Shown here one piece after another: positions 23,341 through 37,548 of a stretch of 64,000 nucleotides of DNA. Made by a program: the position numbers and the translations under genes. Where the stretch lies: assembly GCA_030265395.1 (NCBI GenBank), contig JARFYF010000104.1, positions 88,693,330-88,757,329 on the forward strand, written 5' to 3'. The notes beneath the pieces were generated by a model. That model saw only the letters and a list, made by a program, of their open reading frames with translations, made no database searches and was not told where the DNA came from. Each line of letters begins with the position of its first letter. Positions within the stretch are counted from its first letter, which is position 1. Source of the DNA: Rhina ancylostomus. Lineage: Eukaryota.

Positions 23341-26300
23341 ACCTCTATTAATTCTTATGTTCTTTCGAGCAGTGAGCTTTGGAACCTTATCATCCTTGAG
23401 GTGAATTGTTTACTCCCCCCATTGTCCTTCTAGTCCTCCTACCAGATATTTTAAATCCATGTGATTTTTGAACCTGCTGCTAAGGGAAATTGCTTCTCTC
23501 TTTACTTTTCAAAATTTTAGACACTTCAACTAAATCTCCCCCAAAGTCAGCACAGTTCCAAAGATACTGCAAGCATCTCATCCACTTTTTCTCCAAGCTA
23601 TAATTTTCTGGTCCAGGCCACAATCTCAATGTGACCAGATCTACAGGCAGGACTCAAGCTGTGGCCTGAATGGTGCTGTATACAGTCTAGCATAATCAGT
23701 TTTTGTATTCCATGCAGAGTCTTGCACTTCTCTCGATCGGATTCCATTTGTCATTTTGCTGTCCAACTGACCAGACTTTTCTTGGTCTCAATGCNNNNNN
23801 NNNNNNNNNNNNNNNNNNNNNNNNNNNNNNNNNNNNNNNNNNNNNNNNNNNNNNNNNNNNNNNNNNNNNNNNNNNNNNNNNNNNNNNNNNNNNNTCAATG
23901 CAAGGCTTTGACCTGAACCAACCACATTTCCTTCCCCCCCCACTGATACTGCTCGACCCACTGAGTTCCTCTAGCAGATTGTTTGTTGTTCCAGATTCCT
24001 CTATCCTTTTGTCTCCATCTGTTCTTCCAACATTATGATGCTTTGCTTCTCTCTCTCAGTCCCATAGGGAATTAATATCATGTGCAAACCTCTTTATCAT
24101 GCCCCTATATTTATATGTAAGGCATTAATATAAACTACAAAAGCAAGGGACTGAGTACTGAGCCTTGAGAAATCCCACTGGTAACAGACCAACAATTACG
24201 AAAACTCTGAACCATTACACTATGTTTCCTGCCACTGAATGCATTTTGGATCCAGTTGCAGCTGTTCCTTGGATTTCCATGGCTTAAGCATTTTTTTTGA
24301 CCAACCTGCAAATAAAGACCTTGTTAAAATCCATTCAGTCTACATCAAATGCTGTGACCTGCTTAACCCTCCTAGTTCCCTCTTCCAAGAAAAAAAGTCT
24401 TTCCCTTAACAAATCCACCTTAACTCTCCTTGATTAATCTGTAACTTTTTGTATGAAGGTTCATTTTGTCTCTTAGAAGGCATTCCAATAATTTGCCAAC
24501 CATCAAAGTTAAGCTCAGTGACTTGAAACTATGGTTTATACCTTCCTGCTTTTTTAAACAATGGCACAATGTTAACTCTCCTCCAACACAACTCCTGAAG
24601 TCAGAGTGGATTAAAATACTGCAGTCAGAGCTTCTGTACTTCACATATATAGTCAAGTTCTTCTAGAAGGAGATTTGAATTGTACACAATTCTATCACAG
24701 GCTTTGATCTCAGCTTCCTGCCTCTGCATTCAAATAGTCTGCTGCTGATTTTGATCAGCATTTTATCTTGTCTTGTATAGCCCTCAGAAATGATAATAAA
24801 TAATTGGATTTTCCCAAAACATATCTGCAAAAGCTAAAAAGTAATATAGATTCCCCAAGCTTTTGGAAAAGCTGAAGGAAAATGTCTCATCACAAAGCTC
24901 CTTCTGTATTTAATAATTGAGAATGAACTGTCTCCCACTCCCATTCCTTTGTGTGCAAAGTTCTCACTCCTCATTCCCAAATCAAGAGGGAGCCTACACT
25001 GAATATGGGATAAGGCAATATCGAGCCTTCATGATTTGTGATGTGTAAAGATCATTGCATTTTAGACTTGGCGTTGACTTGAAATGCCCACTTCATTGTG
25101 TGCACCATTACTCATCTTGCAGCCAGTAATGTGATGTTCAGTGTTCCTGTCACATTACATACCCACACTGAATAAAATTAAAAATTAAACACTGGATTCC
25201 AGGATTTTAGAAAGTAACCTGAAGAACAATCACCAACAATAAATGAATTGGACTTCTTTTATATACTTGTAGATATTGATCACGTCCATTTTAATATCTA
25301 TTCAAAGTAATAACCAAGAGCACGATGATGCTGCCCTTGTGCCTTTGTGCACAAGATTGAAATACCACATAACAAATGATAACATTTTAACCAAACAGAT
25401 AAAAGTAAAGAACTCCCTCTTTGTATTAAAAAAAACATAGGAACAAAGAGGTACAACATTTAACCCTATGGCTCCCTGGTTGTTTTTGAGCACCCACCTT
25501 GTGCTCAAGTAAATTTACAAGATTTGAATCTTATGTCTTATGAAGATGCTGAAAAAGAATTTGTTGACTCATGAGAGACTTCCACCTTTTCCTTGCTTAA
25601 ATAATTTTAGATGTGGATAACAGGAATCATTCCAAGTGACAGGTGCAGTCCAGTAAAATGATACAATGCCATTTATGTTATTAAAATTTACTGTTTTTCC
25701 TTCCCCAAAGGACACTTTAAAAGGCTTCTTTTCTAATTAGTGCAATCAAATACAATTAATATTACTTAAGATTTTTTATTGTTTGAAACTTGTAATGATA
25801 CTTAGCTTCACTGGTTTTATACATTCAGGTCTCTGATGAACATGTCTCACTTGGTAATTTGATCATAATGAAAACTAATGCAAGCAGGTAAGCAAATCTA
25901 GAGCACTGAAATGTTTCTTCCTTAGCGCTCTGTTACTGAATGACCATTTATCTGAATCTCCAGTGGGTAATTGTTTTGATGGGTTGCCACTCTGAGACCA
26001 AACCTCCCCATTGTGTAAACTACAGGAATAATCTGTTCAGTCAATTATACCAAGATCCTCCAGTTGTTTGCAATCATCAGTCATGCAGCCAAACCTTGTC
26101 AGCTCATTCCCAGCACAGCACAATAAGCTCCCTGTTACGGCTCACTACCACAGTGTAACCTTCTTTTATATCACAATTCTGTTATCAATTGGCATCTGTA
26201 TGACAAATGGCACCTCCTTTCAACAGACCCGAGAGGAAAGTCTATTTTCATTTGAGTATGTTCAGATGAAGGATATTTATTAGGCACAGTGATTAAGTAA

Positions 26301-28389
26301 GTACTAAAAGACTTAAAAAGCACACTCACATCAGTGACATATTTATCATTTTAAATATGAGCTTTGATTAAGTGGTATTAGTTACCAAAACAAGGCGTTC
26401 AAAGGTTGCTATTGGAGGATGGGAATGCAGAGTTGAGGTTATAATCAGGTCAGCTCCAGAGGCTGAGTGGCCTACTCCTGTTCTTAATTCACATGTTTTT
26501 GCCAGGATTGAACAGCAATTAAAGTAATAAAACAGCAATCTATACCTTTCCCATTCAGCTTCTTTATACCTGCTGGTTACAAGAATCAGCATCCCAAGGA
26601 AATCCTGGGCCACATGCCAAAATGAAAATCAGTTGAAATTGGATTATTTCCTGTAACACTAATTTCACATTAAATCATGGTAATTGCGTGAATTATTGGA
26701 TAGTTTCTTTTACTAATGGACCTAATTAATCAGTGGAAGTGGAATCAACCATCATGTCAACCAGAATACAGCCACTGCTTTGACTTGTACCTTCCTCCAC
26801 AGATTGTTGGTGGTTGTTCCTGTATATTGTCCAGATGGTAAAGATGCTTTATGCAGCTTTGTAATGACATTTAAGTGAACTGCAGTAAACATGACAATAA
26901 CTCAGCAGCTGCTTTCTTTAACCTGTTATTGTACAGTTTCAACAACCAAAACAATCTATAACATATAATATTAAATTACATGCTTGTGCTAACAAAGGCA
27001 CAAATCACATGCATTTCAACAAAACCTTTCTTTCCACTGATGGGGTAGGAGTACCATAGCTGATAAATGCTATAAACGAAAGCAGGGAGATGAGACTATT
27101 GCTTTTGAGAGGATGACCATTACACTCTTGGTCATAAAGGTTGGCAGAGCATCTGTAAGACAGTTGCTACTGCTTGTGAGCATTTGAGAATACCTACTAC
27201 CCCACCCCCCAGCAGTGGGTCCGAGCTTATATCGTCAGCCAAGAGATTCAACTCATCTGTTGTCCTCAGTAAACAAAACATAATAAAGATTGACCAAGCT
27301 GTTGCCAAGCACGGCCACCAAATCTCCAAAAGACAAAGATCTGATAGTAAATCCAGGCTTGAAAAACCATGGCCCAGGCTAGTTTACAACATGCTCTATC
27401 CTTCAAAGTAAATTACAGGGCAGGTTTTCTGCCCTTCCTCCAGTTTACCAATATCGATATGGGCTCAGAACAGCCAGGTTAGTGAACTGGGAAGGGTGAT
27501 CTGGACTCTTCTTCTTCAATTTCCTCTGTTTTCATTCAGGGACACATTTTCCTGTTGGCTCAAGAAACTGATGGTAGGACAAGCCACTTGAGCCCTAAAC
27601 AAACAATAAAAAAAAATCAGATGAAAAATCAAAGGTAGTTGACAGGAATGGCCCATTTATAGGAACCCAATACATCTTTAAGTCTGGAGACTATCTGGTT
27701 ATTAGTTTTCAATCACAGCACATTTCCACATAACCTATATCGTGTACATATCAATGTTTCAGGAAACTATGCTTGTCCTAAATTCATACTGGCATGGTTA
27801 GCTGAATATTAGGATAGAGACCAATGAGCTCTTAACAGACACCAGTCTGAAAAGAGTTGATTTGACAAGTCTTGTTATAATGCAGCTACTTAATCAATGT
27901 GACACAATGGTGCTGTGTGATACCAGTCATAACAGTGACAGAATGTTGGTTTAAATTGTCATCTGCTTTGTTCAGTAATAGTCCCAGTAATCTGTGAGCA
28001 CTAATGTTATTTAATTATTTCAACACATGGAGTGTTGAATAAAGCTCAAAATAAATCACATTTAAATCATTAAATTTACTGAGAGGACTATGACTGCCCT
28101 TCACATGAAGATAACATTTAACCAACTGTGGCCTGAGCAAAATCAAAGGCAATAGGTTTCAGAGGGAAAGTTCTCCCTTGGCATAAAGGTGGATGCAGTT
28201 GTTGAAGGCCAAGTGACCCAGTTACATTGTCCCATCAAGGCAGTGTTCCAGCTCCAACTTTTAGTTGGCTCATCCATGACCTTTTTGAGAAGCTCAGAAG
28301 TGGCCTCTTTGCTAATGATTCCATGATGTTCAATTCCATTTGCAATTGCTCACAAAACAAAGCATTCCTATGCTCACCTTTTTCTTAGA

Positions 28390-29500
28390 TTCATTTTCAA
28401 GGAAGTGTGCATTTGTTGGCAAGGTCAGCAGTTATTGCTTATTTCTGAATACCCCAAGAAGATGGTGGGTAAGCCACCTTCAAGAATCATAGCAATCCTT
28501 CTGGTGACACAGAATAACCCCCTTACGCTTTGAGGCAGGGACTGTCACAAGGTCAAGCAAAGAGCAAGCTCACAGAGAACCTAAATGCAGCACACTGGTA
28601 TGAGACTGGAGTCAGGATGCTTCCTCAAAACCAAACACAGGCAACAACCAGAAGGAATCTTGCCTCAGGGCTCTGAGGTGGAGTCCCAACACAAAACCAG
28701 ATATCCCAAGAGGAACAGTGAAACCAGGACTGCACTAGAGTCAACAGCTCTAAGCAGCCAGAAGGCAAAGCATACCCAAAGGTTGACCAATACTCTGGCA
28801 ACTAGTACTAGTGAAACCAGGGTTCTTATTGCTAGTCCCCTGATGGGGCTCAGGTGTGCATCGTTATGCGATTAGTAGTGCATGGAATCCATGTGCTGCA
28901 CAACAAGGCACCATCAATGGAGCCAAATCAAGGGCCAGCACTCGGAACCATGATAGGGACTTCCCAGGATTAAGACCAAGTGAAGGTGAAAGAATGGTGA
29001 TATCCATGTTAGGATGGCATGCGACTTGGGAGAGGTGCATAGGTTCCGATGAGTTTGATGCCATTGTAGACATATAGACAGAGGCATAAAACATAAAAGG
29101 GAGTGAATCTTTAGATGGGGCACCATTAAAGTGGGTTCTGTCCTGAATAATGTTGAATTTCTTGAATGCTGATGAAGCTGCATGGAATCAGTCAAGTGGC
29201 AAGTACTTCACCTATTCTTTCTAGATAATGTAAAGGCTTTACAGAGTCATAATGTAAGCTACACACCAGAGGATACTCAGCCTCTAATCTGCTCTTTTGG
29301 CCACAATATTTATATGTCTGGTCCAGCTGAGTTTCTGGTCAATGGTAGCCTCCAGAATATTGGTGATGGGGGACCTAGAGATAGCAATGCCAAAGGATGT
29401 TAAGGGTAGGTAGTTAAATTCTCTCTTGCCAGAAACGTTCATTCCTGCATGCACTTGAATGTTGTCTGGGTCTTGGGGTATGTAGGCATAGACTGTTTCA
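28390..29500 (-). mobile_element. Old CR1/L2-group LINE 3' region (host of the solo LTR)
   Basis: Antisense homology to 16.6-17.3 kb; ORF 29284-29574 contains LEATIDQKLSWTRHINIVAKRA. Confidence 0.65.
28543..28955 (-). mobile_element. Solo LTR (Gypsy/BEL-type), 413 bp, 5-bp TSD
   Basis: TGTCA...TGATA ends; GGGAC duplicated at 28538-28542 and 28956-28960; host LINE sequence resumes on both sides; related copy at 61790-61869. Confidence 0.75.
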
Positions 29501-31659
29501 TTTTCCGTGGAGATGTAACAAGACCAGGACCATATCCAACTTTGGGATAGTAAGGAGCAAGTAATATGCAACACAAGTGGCAGGCAATGACCATTTTCAA
29601 CAAGTGAAAGCTTAACTGTGTTCTATTGATGATCAACGTCATTACCAATATCAACTTCTCAGCTTTCAATATACTGGAGCTCACAGTTAAATAGAAATCT
29701 AACAGGGTAGTCACATGAATAACATGGTTACAAAAAAGAGCTTAAATGGAAAACTGTCCACCATTTAAAAGCATTAGTCAGCAGTACAATGAATTACTTA
29801 CTTCTGTGTTGGCTAATTGCGCAACGGAAATGTAAAGTAATACTACAATGAAAACCTAGCTTTTTCATAAGAATCATACTGAGCTGTTAACATCTTAAGG
29901 ATATTGAAAATGGAGAGAAAATACTATCAAAATATTATGAAGTTATGATCATTGGCCTAACATCTTATCTGTTTCCCTGAACACATATACTTTCTGAATG
30001 CTTCCAGAATTTTCTAGGGCTCCTGACTTGGCTGGGATGGTGATAGGATGGGGGTGTGAGGTGGTGTGGGGATGAGAGAACGTGTGCGTGTGCATGTGTG
30101 TGTGGGAGGGGTGCATTGGAAGGCAGGATAAGGATGGCGATTGGGAGAGGGAAAAATTAAATCAACCAACCAGACCCTGCAGCTTATTGGGTAAGTTGGT
30201 ATTAATCATACTGAAGAAATAGCTTTTATATCATTTGATCTCCAGGAAGCCCTATGAGATAATGATACAAACTGCAATGAAATTACAATGTCCTTTAAAC
30301 TGTATTTTTACAGTAGAATTTGGTGAATTTGTATAGTTTTAGCAATTAAAATTTAATTCATTCTCTAGATATTGTTAATATTAAAAATCATGATGTATTG
30401 TAGGCTGGATCAAGTACCCAGACTGTTATTAAATCTCAAGGGATGATAAGAGTTTTAGAAATAATTTCAATACATTATGCTGTCAAAGACATAAAAGCCG
30501 CAGTCATAATTTAAATAAAGACACTGTTGTCTCATTGTTGATTGCTAGCTATCTGAATAAAAACTAAGTTATTAATAAACTAGCATGTATCCTTGAGTGT
30601 TGGACTATATCAATGTAACCCTGTTTGTGACTATATTAATATTTGGCTGATTTTCCAATTGCTATTTGAAACATTATTTGGTCCCCTTTCCTTGTTCTTT
30701 CTCCATTCTTAAATCCACATTCTCTGGTTGCTAATTCTTCTGCCACTGGAAATAGTTTCTCCTGTCTTAATATATCAAAACCCTTCATGACTCAAGCACA
30801 TCTATAAAATCTCCTCTTAACCTTTTCTATTGTAAGAGTGATGCTGGTTCCCCTTGTCTCATAACTAAAGTCCCACATCGCTGGTACAAATATAGTAAAT
30901 ACCTTCCCTAACTTAAAAACATCTCAAATTATGGTGCCCAGGTGTGGTGACACTATTCCGATTGAGCCTAATCAGCAATTTGTACTGATTTAACACAGTG
31001 GTGCACGCCTTTATTTGAGCAAGAGCCAATTTGAGAGGGTCGTTCACCTGAAGCATGTTATATTCTGATGACGGGAGCCTTCTTGCCTCTTAATGCTGTG
31101 AGTTACTAAGTGAATTCAGCAGGTAATATATTTGGGTGCTAGGGAAGAAATGGCAACCAGATTACACAGAGTTAAGGGTATTGGCAAAAGAATAATGGAA
31201 GAGATGAGGTGATGTTATTAATAAAACAGTGATATGGAATAAACTGCCTAAAGGTGTGGTGAAAGCAGATTCAATGTTTCAAAGGGGAATTGGGAAATCA
31301 GATAGGTTTTATTAAGTATTTATTATTTTCCATAGATTTACCATGCACTTTCCTTGCCTGATCCATCACGGCTAACGTTTGTAGTTCAATATGACTGTTT
31401 ATGTTCAGCTCATGGGTTTGAAAGCATGATGACCATGCACAGTAATGACTCCCAAATCACAACCTCGTAACATCTGCAGTTCGACTTACATGTTGATATA
31501 ACCACTGAACACACTTCAGTTTTGTGGTAACTGAAATATGTTTTTGAATCATTTTTCAGGATGTGGGCATGGCCAACATTTGTTGCACTTGAGAAGTTGG
31601 CAGTGATCTGCCTTTTCTAATTTGTGATATGCCTTTGTGTACTAAGTGTCAGTTAACAG

Positions 31660-32598
31660 ATGGAAATCAAGGGCTAGGAGTAAACAGGTCCTTCGTGGGT
31701 TGGTAGGCTGTAATTAGTGGAGTATGGCAAGATTCCATGCCACTGCACCAGCCATTTACAATCTATAGCAATGATTTGGATAATGGGACCAAGTACACCA
31801 TTTCTAAATTTGCTAAAGCTACGAATCTAAATGGGATTGTGAGTTGTAAGGAGGATTCAAAGAGGATAATGCCCAGTCTGAGTGAGTGGGAAATATGACA
31901 GATCGAGTACAATGGGGAAAGATGTGAGGTGACCGAGTTACTGAATTTTTTTAATAGTAAGAAGTTGGGAGATGTTGAAGTTGATGTTTAAGGGCATATG
32001 GGTGTCCTTGTTCACAAGCTATTGAAAGCCAATGCAGGTGCAATAGGTGGTTAGGAAGGGAAATATAATGTTGGCCTTTATTGCAAAGATTTGAATACAA
32101 AGGTAAAGATGTCTTACTACAATTGTATAAGGCAGGGGTGAGAGCGCACTTCAATAATTGTGTACAATTTTGGTCTCCTTTCCCGGAAAAAAAGGATATA
32201 CCTTGCTACAGAGGGAGTTCAACTGAAGGATTCACCGGTCAGATTTTTGGGATGTTAGATCTGTTAGAAGAGATATTGACTAGACTACACCACACCTCTA
32301 AAGTTCAAAAAATTGAGAAGTGACCTCTGTGAAAGAAAAAAAAATCTTAGTACAGAGAGGAAATTTTCCTTGACAGATGTCGGGAACCAAGGGCCACCAT
32401 CTTAAAATAGGGGGTAAGCTGTTTAGGAAACTGAAGTGAGGAAACACTTCTTCACTCAAAGGATGGTAAATCTTTGGAATTTTCTGTCCCAAAAGACTAT
32501 GGACGCTGTCATTGATTTTATTCAAATCGGAATTACTAGATTTCTGAATATTAGAGGGATTGGGAGATATGTTGTGTTCTTATGTTCTTATGTTCTTA
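31660..32598 (+). mobile_element. Older CR1 RT C-terminus plus 3' end
   Basis: FEYKGKDVLLQLYKAGVRAHFNNCVQFWSP and RKHFFTQRMVNLWNFLSQ; (GTTCTTAT)n tail. Confidence 0.8.
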
Positions 32599-32611
32599 TT
32601 TTACATTGTTA

Positions 32612-32910
32612 CATAAGAGGGTAAGAAACAGAAGCAGAGCTAGGGTCACCAGCCCCTCAAACCTGCTTCACTGTTCTATAAGATCGTGGCAGATCCTTGA
32701 CACCATATTCCAACTCCAGTCCAATAACACATGACTTCTTGTTGTTTAAGTATCTGTCAGTTTCTGCATTGAATATACTTCTTGACTCCACTTCCATAGA
32801 TCTCCATGGTAGAGAATTCCAAAGAATCATAACCTTCTGAAAGAAATAATTCCTTCTCAAGTCCATCTTAAATGAGAGACCCCTTCTTCTGAAATTAATC
32901 CCCCAATTCT
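32612..32910 (-). mobile_element. Older CR1 3' end, interrupted by a SINE
   Basis: ORF MDLRRNYFFQKVMILWNSLP...IFNAETDRYL; host appears to resume at about 33327. Confidence 0.75.
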
Positions 32911-33326
32911 AAGATACCTTTATTAGTCATGTGTACATTGAAACACACAGTGAAATACGTCTTTTGCGTAGAGTGTTCTGGGGGCAGCCCACAAGTGTCG
33001 CCATGCTTCCAACGCCAACATAACATGCCCACAGCTTCCTAACCCGTACGTCTTTGGAATGTGGGAGGAAACCGGAGCACCCGGAGGAANNNNNNNNNNN
33101 NNNNNNNNNNNNNNNNNNNNNNNNNNNNNNNNNNNNNNNNNNNNNNNNNNNNNNNNNNNNNNNNNNNNNNNNNNNNNNNNNNNNNNNNNGAATGTGGGAG
33201 GAAACCGGAGCACCCGGAGGAAACCCACGCAGACATGGGGAGAATGTACAAACTCCTTACAGACAGTAGTCGGAATTGAACCCAGGATGCTGGTGCTGTA
33301 ATAACATTGTGCTAACCACTACACTA
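32910..33326 (-). mobile_element. Young V-SINE split by a 100-N gap
   Basis: Tail, V-domain and head all present; about 33 bp duplicated across the gap. Confidence 0.9.
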
Positions 33327-33381
33327 TGAGGGAAAATATCCTCTCAGCATTACCTTCATAGTACCCTTTGGAATCATATGT

Positions 33382-33570
33382 TAAAGTTGAGCTTTTTGTC
33401 ATATGTACAAGTACATGTATGCACAGGTGCAATGAAAAACGTGCAGCAGCATCACAGGCACAGAGCATCATATAAGCAGCATTCACAATAAAAACATAAA
33501 TTAAACATCAATTATACACAATTTTTACAAAAAAGAACACAATTCGAACACAACAAAACAAAGTCCATTC
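33382..33570 (-). mobile_element. Rex1/Babar-like 3' UTR fragment
   Basis: Same family as 1627-1747. Confidence 0.6.
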
Positions 33571-34887
33571 AGTAAGATCACGACTCATTTTCTATACCCC
33601 ATAGAGCATTGGTCCATGCTGCTCAAATTTTTCTTCATACCTCATTTCCTTTGCTCAAGAACCTCTGTACTGCCTTCAATATATACCTTTCAATAAATAT
33701 AGAGGCACAAACTGCATTCGGTATATCCGGTATGGTTTTACTAGCACCCTGCACAATTGCTTTGAAACTTCTCTACTTTTATATTCCATACACATGGAAT
33801 CGTAGGATGGCTGCAGTGTAGAAGGAGGGCATTTGGCCCATTGTGTCCACACCGACTGTCAGCAGATAACTCACTTCTTCCAACCCCTGGCCTCTTTTCC
33901 ACAGACTTGCAAATTTTTCCTCACCATAAATTTATCCGATTCACTCCTTAAAGTCATAGAAGAACCTTTGTCTCCTGGCAGATTCTGCGTCACTATTTAT
34001 TCTCTTCCACTTTATTTTATACTTGTGACCTCTAGTTCACGACCACTGCTCCCACAGGATCAAATTCCCACGATCTACTCCATCCAGACTCCTCATCATT
34101 TTATATGCTTCTATCAAATCTCCCCTCATTCTTCTCCAAAGCTAACAATGTGAGCATTTCGATTCTGTTCTTCTTACTGTAGTCCCTCATCCCAGAATCC
34201 ATTCCTACAAATCTTTCCTGGACTCCCTCTAATGCATTTGCATCCTTCCTGTAATGTGGTAACAAGAATTGAACACAATGCTACATTTGAGGCTAGATTA
34301 GTGTTTTATAAGGATTCAACATGCCTTCCCTGATTGTACATTCAGTGTCACCAGTGATAAAATCCAGAATTGTAGATGCTTGATTCACCACTTTGTTCCC
34401 CATCCCTGCCACTTGTAATGACTTGTGCACCCATACTTCCAGACCTAATCCACACCTGTTACAGATTTCCAGTCAGTGAAACACCCATCCACTATTACCT
34501 TCTGTCTCCTATCACCCAGCCAATTTTGGATCCAGTTTGCCAACATGCCTGTGATGGAGAATCCCCTGTCTGGGAGAAATGATAAAAACTGCTGAAGGAG
34601 AGGAGACCATGAGTTCAAATGTGTATCGGTTATGTTTACAATTGGATGACGTACCCTTTAGTGTATTTTAAAATGTTAAATGGAGCACAACGGGTTTAGG
34701 CCAAACAATAGACGCTTCAGGGTGAATGATAGGGAGGGGTAAATGTTGAAAGTTGTGCACATTCTAAAATGGCACCAAATTAAAAGTATGGGATGTTTGC
34801 TAATGGTCATTCCTTCTGTGGGTAAATGATTGTAGATCTTGCTGTCAGCATGTAGGTCCAATGGATAGAAGCTGGACCCAATTTGTT

Positions 34888-35141
34888 GATTCAGAGTCAG
34901 GTTTATTATCACTGACTTACATGTCGTGAAATGTGTTGTTCTGCAGCAGCAGTACTGTGCAAAGACATGAAATTACTATAAATTATAAAATAAATAAATA
35001 GTGCGAAAAAAAAGGAAATAACAAAGTACTGTTCATGGGTTCATGGACTGTTCAGAAATCTGATGACGAGGGAAAAGAAGCTGTTCCTAAATTATTGAGT
35101 GTGGGTCTTCAGGCTCCTGTACCTCTTCCCCAATGGTAGTA
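34888..35141 (-). mobile_element. Rex1/Babar-like LINE 3' end
   Basis: agagtcaggtttattatcactgac...aagaagctgttcct...gtgggtcttcaggctcctgtacctcttccccaatggtag; minus strand encodes LPLGKRYRSLKTHT. Confidence 0.7.
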
Positions 35142-37548
35142 ACCATAATTTTGTTCATGAGAAAAACAAACATTAAAAGAGACATTTAACTGCAGCATTT
35201 AACTGTCACCATCAACGCAGAATTTGTCCTCCCCATGTACGGATTTTGTTATGATTAATGGAAATATCCATAGCCTAAGGCTGCATCTGTAGCAGTTGCT
35301 TACTAATATTGTAAACCAAGATGGTTTTCACTGCAGTCAGGTGTTTCTCCAATTGACAATAGCCCTTACTTTTTATATTTTATGAATAATGTGCTGTCAA
35401 GCTGATTTACAATTTATACCAGGAATCCTTTCAATGTTGCCAATTTCAGGGAATTCAGTGGAATCAAATCTCAGAAGTGAAATTTAATATGCAAACCCAA
35501 TGTAAAATTGCATGTTTAGCACATCGACTCTGTGATCTCCTGAGGAAACATTATGTGCTGTGGTGCAAAGCCAGCACTTTGTAAAAGTGAGATGATCCAT
35601 AGCTTCAAAGCATCTGGAACTTTTCAGCAGAAGGCAGTAAGGTGACAATAGCTACATGCACCAAAGTGCCAGTGTATCAGCCTAGTCATGGATTCAAGCG
35701 TTCATTAAATGCTTCCAATCGTGGCAAAGGGATTCCAAGACTATGTGGGGAATAATTGGATAAATTGTCAATCAGGCTTCATGATTATATTGCTGTGAGT
35801 CACAGAGACTGAAATGAAGCATAATCCATAAGAAGCCTTCCTCTGCTCATTACATTTTTTTGTGAAATCATTCTTCCTTTTGTGGGAAGAAGTTGCTGAA
35901 TTTTCTTTCATAAATTCTGTTTCCTCTGTTCTTTAAATATACTGTTTTCCAAGTTAATTGATGATGTTTGCTGTACATTTGAATGTTTGCTGTTCCCAGA
36001 CATATGCTCCATCACAACTCCAACTCATTGGATGAATTAAGACTTGGTGCCTTTAGGATTGATCTGCCTTTATCCCAGTATAAAAGACAGTAACCCTGCC
36101 ATTGCACACAATCATTTAACAGCAAACAAAAGTAAAACAGAATGCTGATCATTAACAGAAAGAACTACTATTAGCAAGCAGCCCATATATTTAATTTGCT
36201 GTGAGCTTATTTATTTTCTTCATTCTAAGTCCTCTTCTCAATAAATGTAACCATTCTTTAAGAAATGTTCATTCTGTTCTTCCTTCAACTATTATGTCAA
36301 TTTGCATCAGACCAAAATGAGAGGGACAGGACCAAGAGTTTATGGTTACCTCTTCAATACTGGCTACTGGGTTTAGGATGGTTCCGAGTTCAAATATGGT
36401 AGAGACCAACACGTCACAACTTCAAGCTGCAATTTCCTTTTGGTTTGGTGTTGGTATGGGAGGTGGGAGTGACTTAGGGGATGGGATGGAATGGAATTAG
36501 TGAGTATTCATGGTAGGAAAAACAAAATAAAGACTTCTAGGCCTGGCAACAGTTGTAAGGAATGATAATTGTTTTATTTTGTGATTTTTTTTTTACATAG
36601 TAGGGAAAGTTAACATGATTCAGTAATCCAGGAGTGCTTGCAAATCATGACCTTGCCATTTTCCATAAGAAACTGAAATGAGCAATGATACGTCTAAATC
36701 AACTGAACAGTTTCAGCTCAAAGGAAGGAATGACTGAAAGTAAAGTGAAGGAAAAGGCTCCAGATTAAGAGGGAGAGCATTACTGACTGGGCATGGAAAA
36801 TGGGAACCACAGTTTTGGCACTTGAGATCATTGAGTATCAAGCTGTGTGGAACAATACCAGCGCCTGAATTGGAAAAAAAAACTATTTGAACAGTGTACC
36901 TAAAGTAAAGTTGGATGGCAGAGTCACCCCAGTTATGGAATCTGTTCAACTTGCCCACCATCTTAGTACAAATGTGGAGAATCTGCCCAAATGTCACTAC
37001 CAATTGAACTAGAAGCATTGATTGAAAGGGACACTGGATGTGCAGATCCTATTGTATTGCATTCACTCATATTGAAAAACACTGATCCTGCTTTCATGTT
37101 GTGTTCTTGCCCTCCAAAAGGAAAGGTCACATACAACCAGTGAAAGAGAGTTGAAGGCAATTGAGGAGCAGTGCTATTGAAGCCTGAGTCTCTGGATGGA
37201 TGAATCTCTGCAACAATAGATAATAGGTGGACAGATAGGGTGTTCTCTGGGAACTGGTGAGATAATAGGTGAGATGACAGTGGAGTTTAATAAAAGCTGA
37301 ACAAAGTTCAGCATATATAGCTTCACTGTGCCTTTAATCTCAAAGTATTGGAATGCCATTGGGCACATCAACTGTTTCTTTACGGAAAAGTAACACTCTC
37401 AGCACAGCTGAACAATCCTTTTTATGTTTCTCATGGTTCAGTAGGTATTGCTCTTGTCTCTAAGACAAGATATTGTGCATTGAGTAAAAAGGGTAGAGTG
37501 GTTTGATGATTAAAGTATGGACTAGTAATGTAGATGCTTGTCAGATAC

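Noticed and set aside
30677-30688. TTTGGTCCCCTT matches the 5' 12 nt of miR-133
   Set aside because: Diverges immediately afterwards and has no complementary precursor arm.
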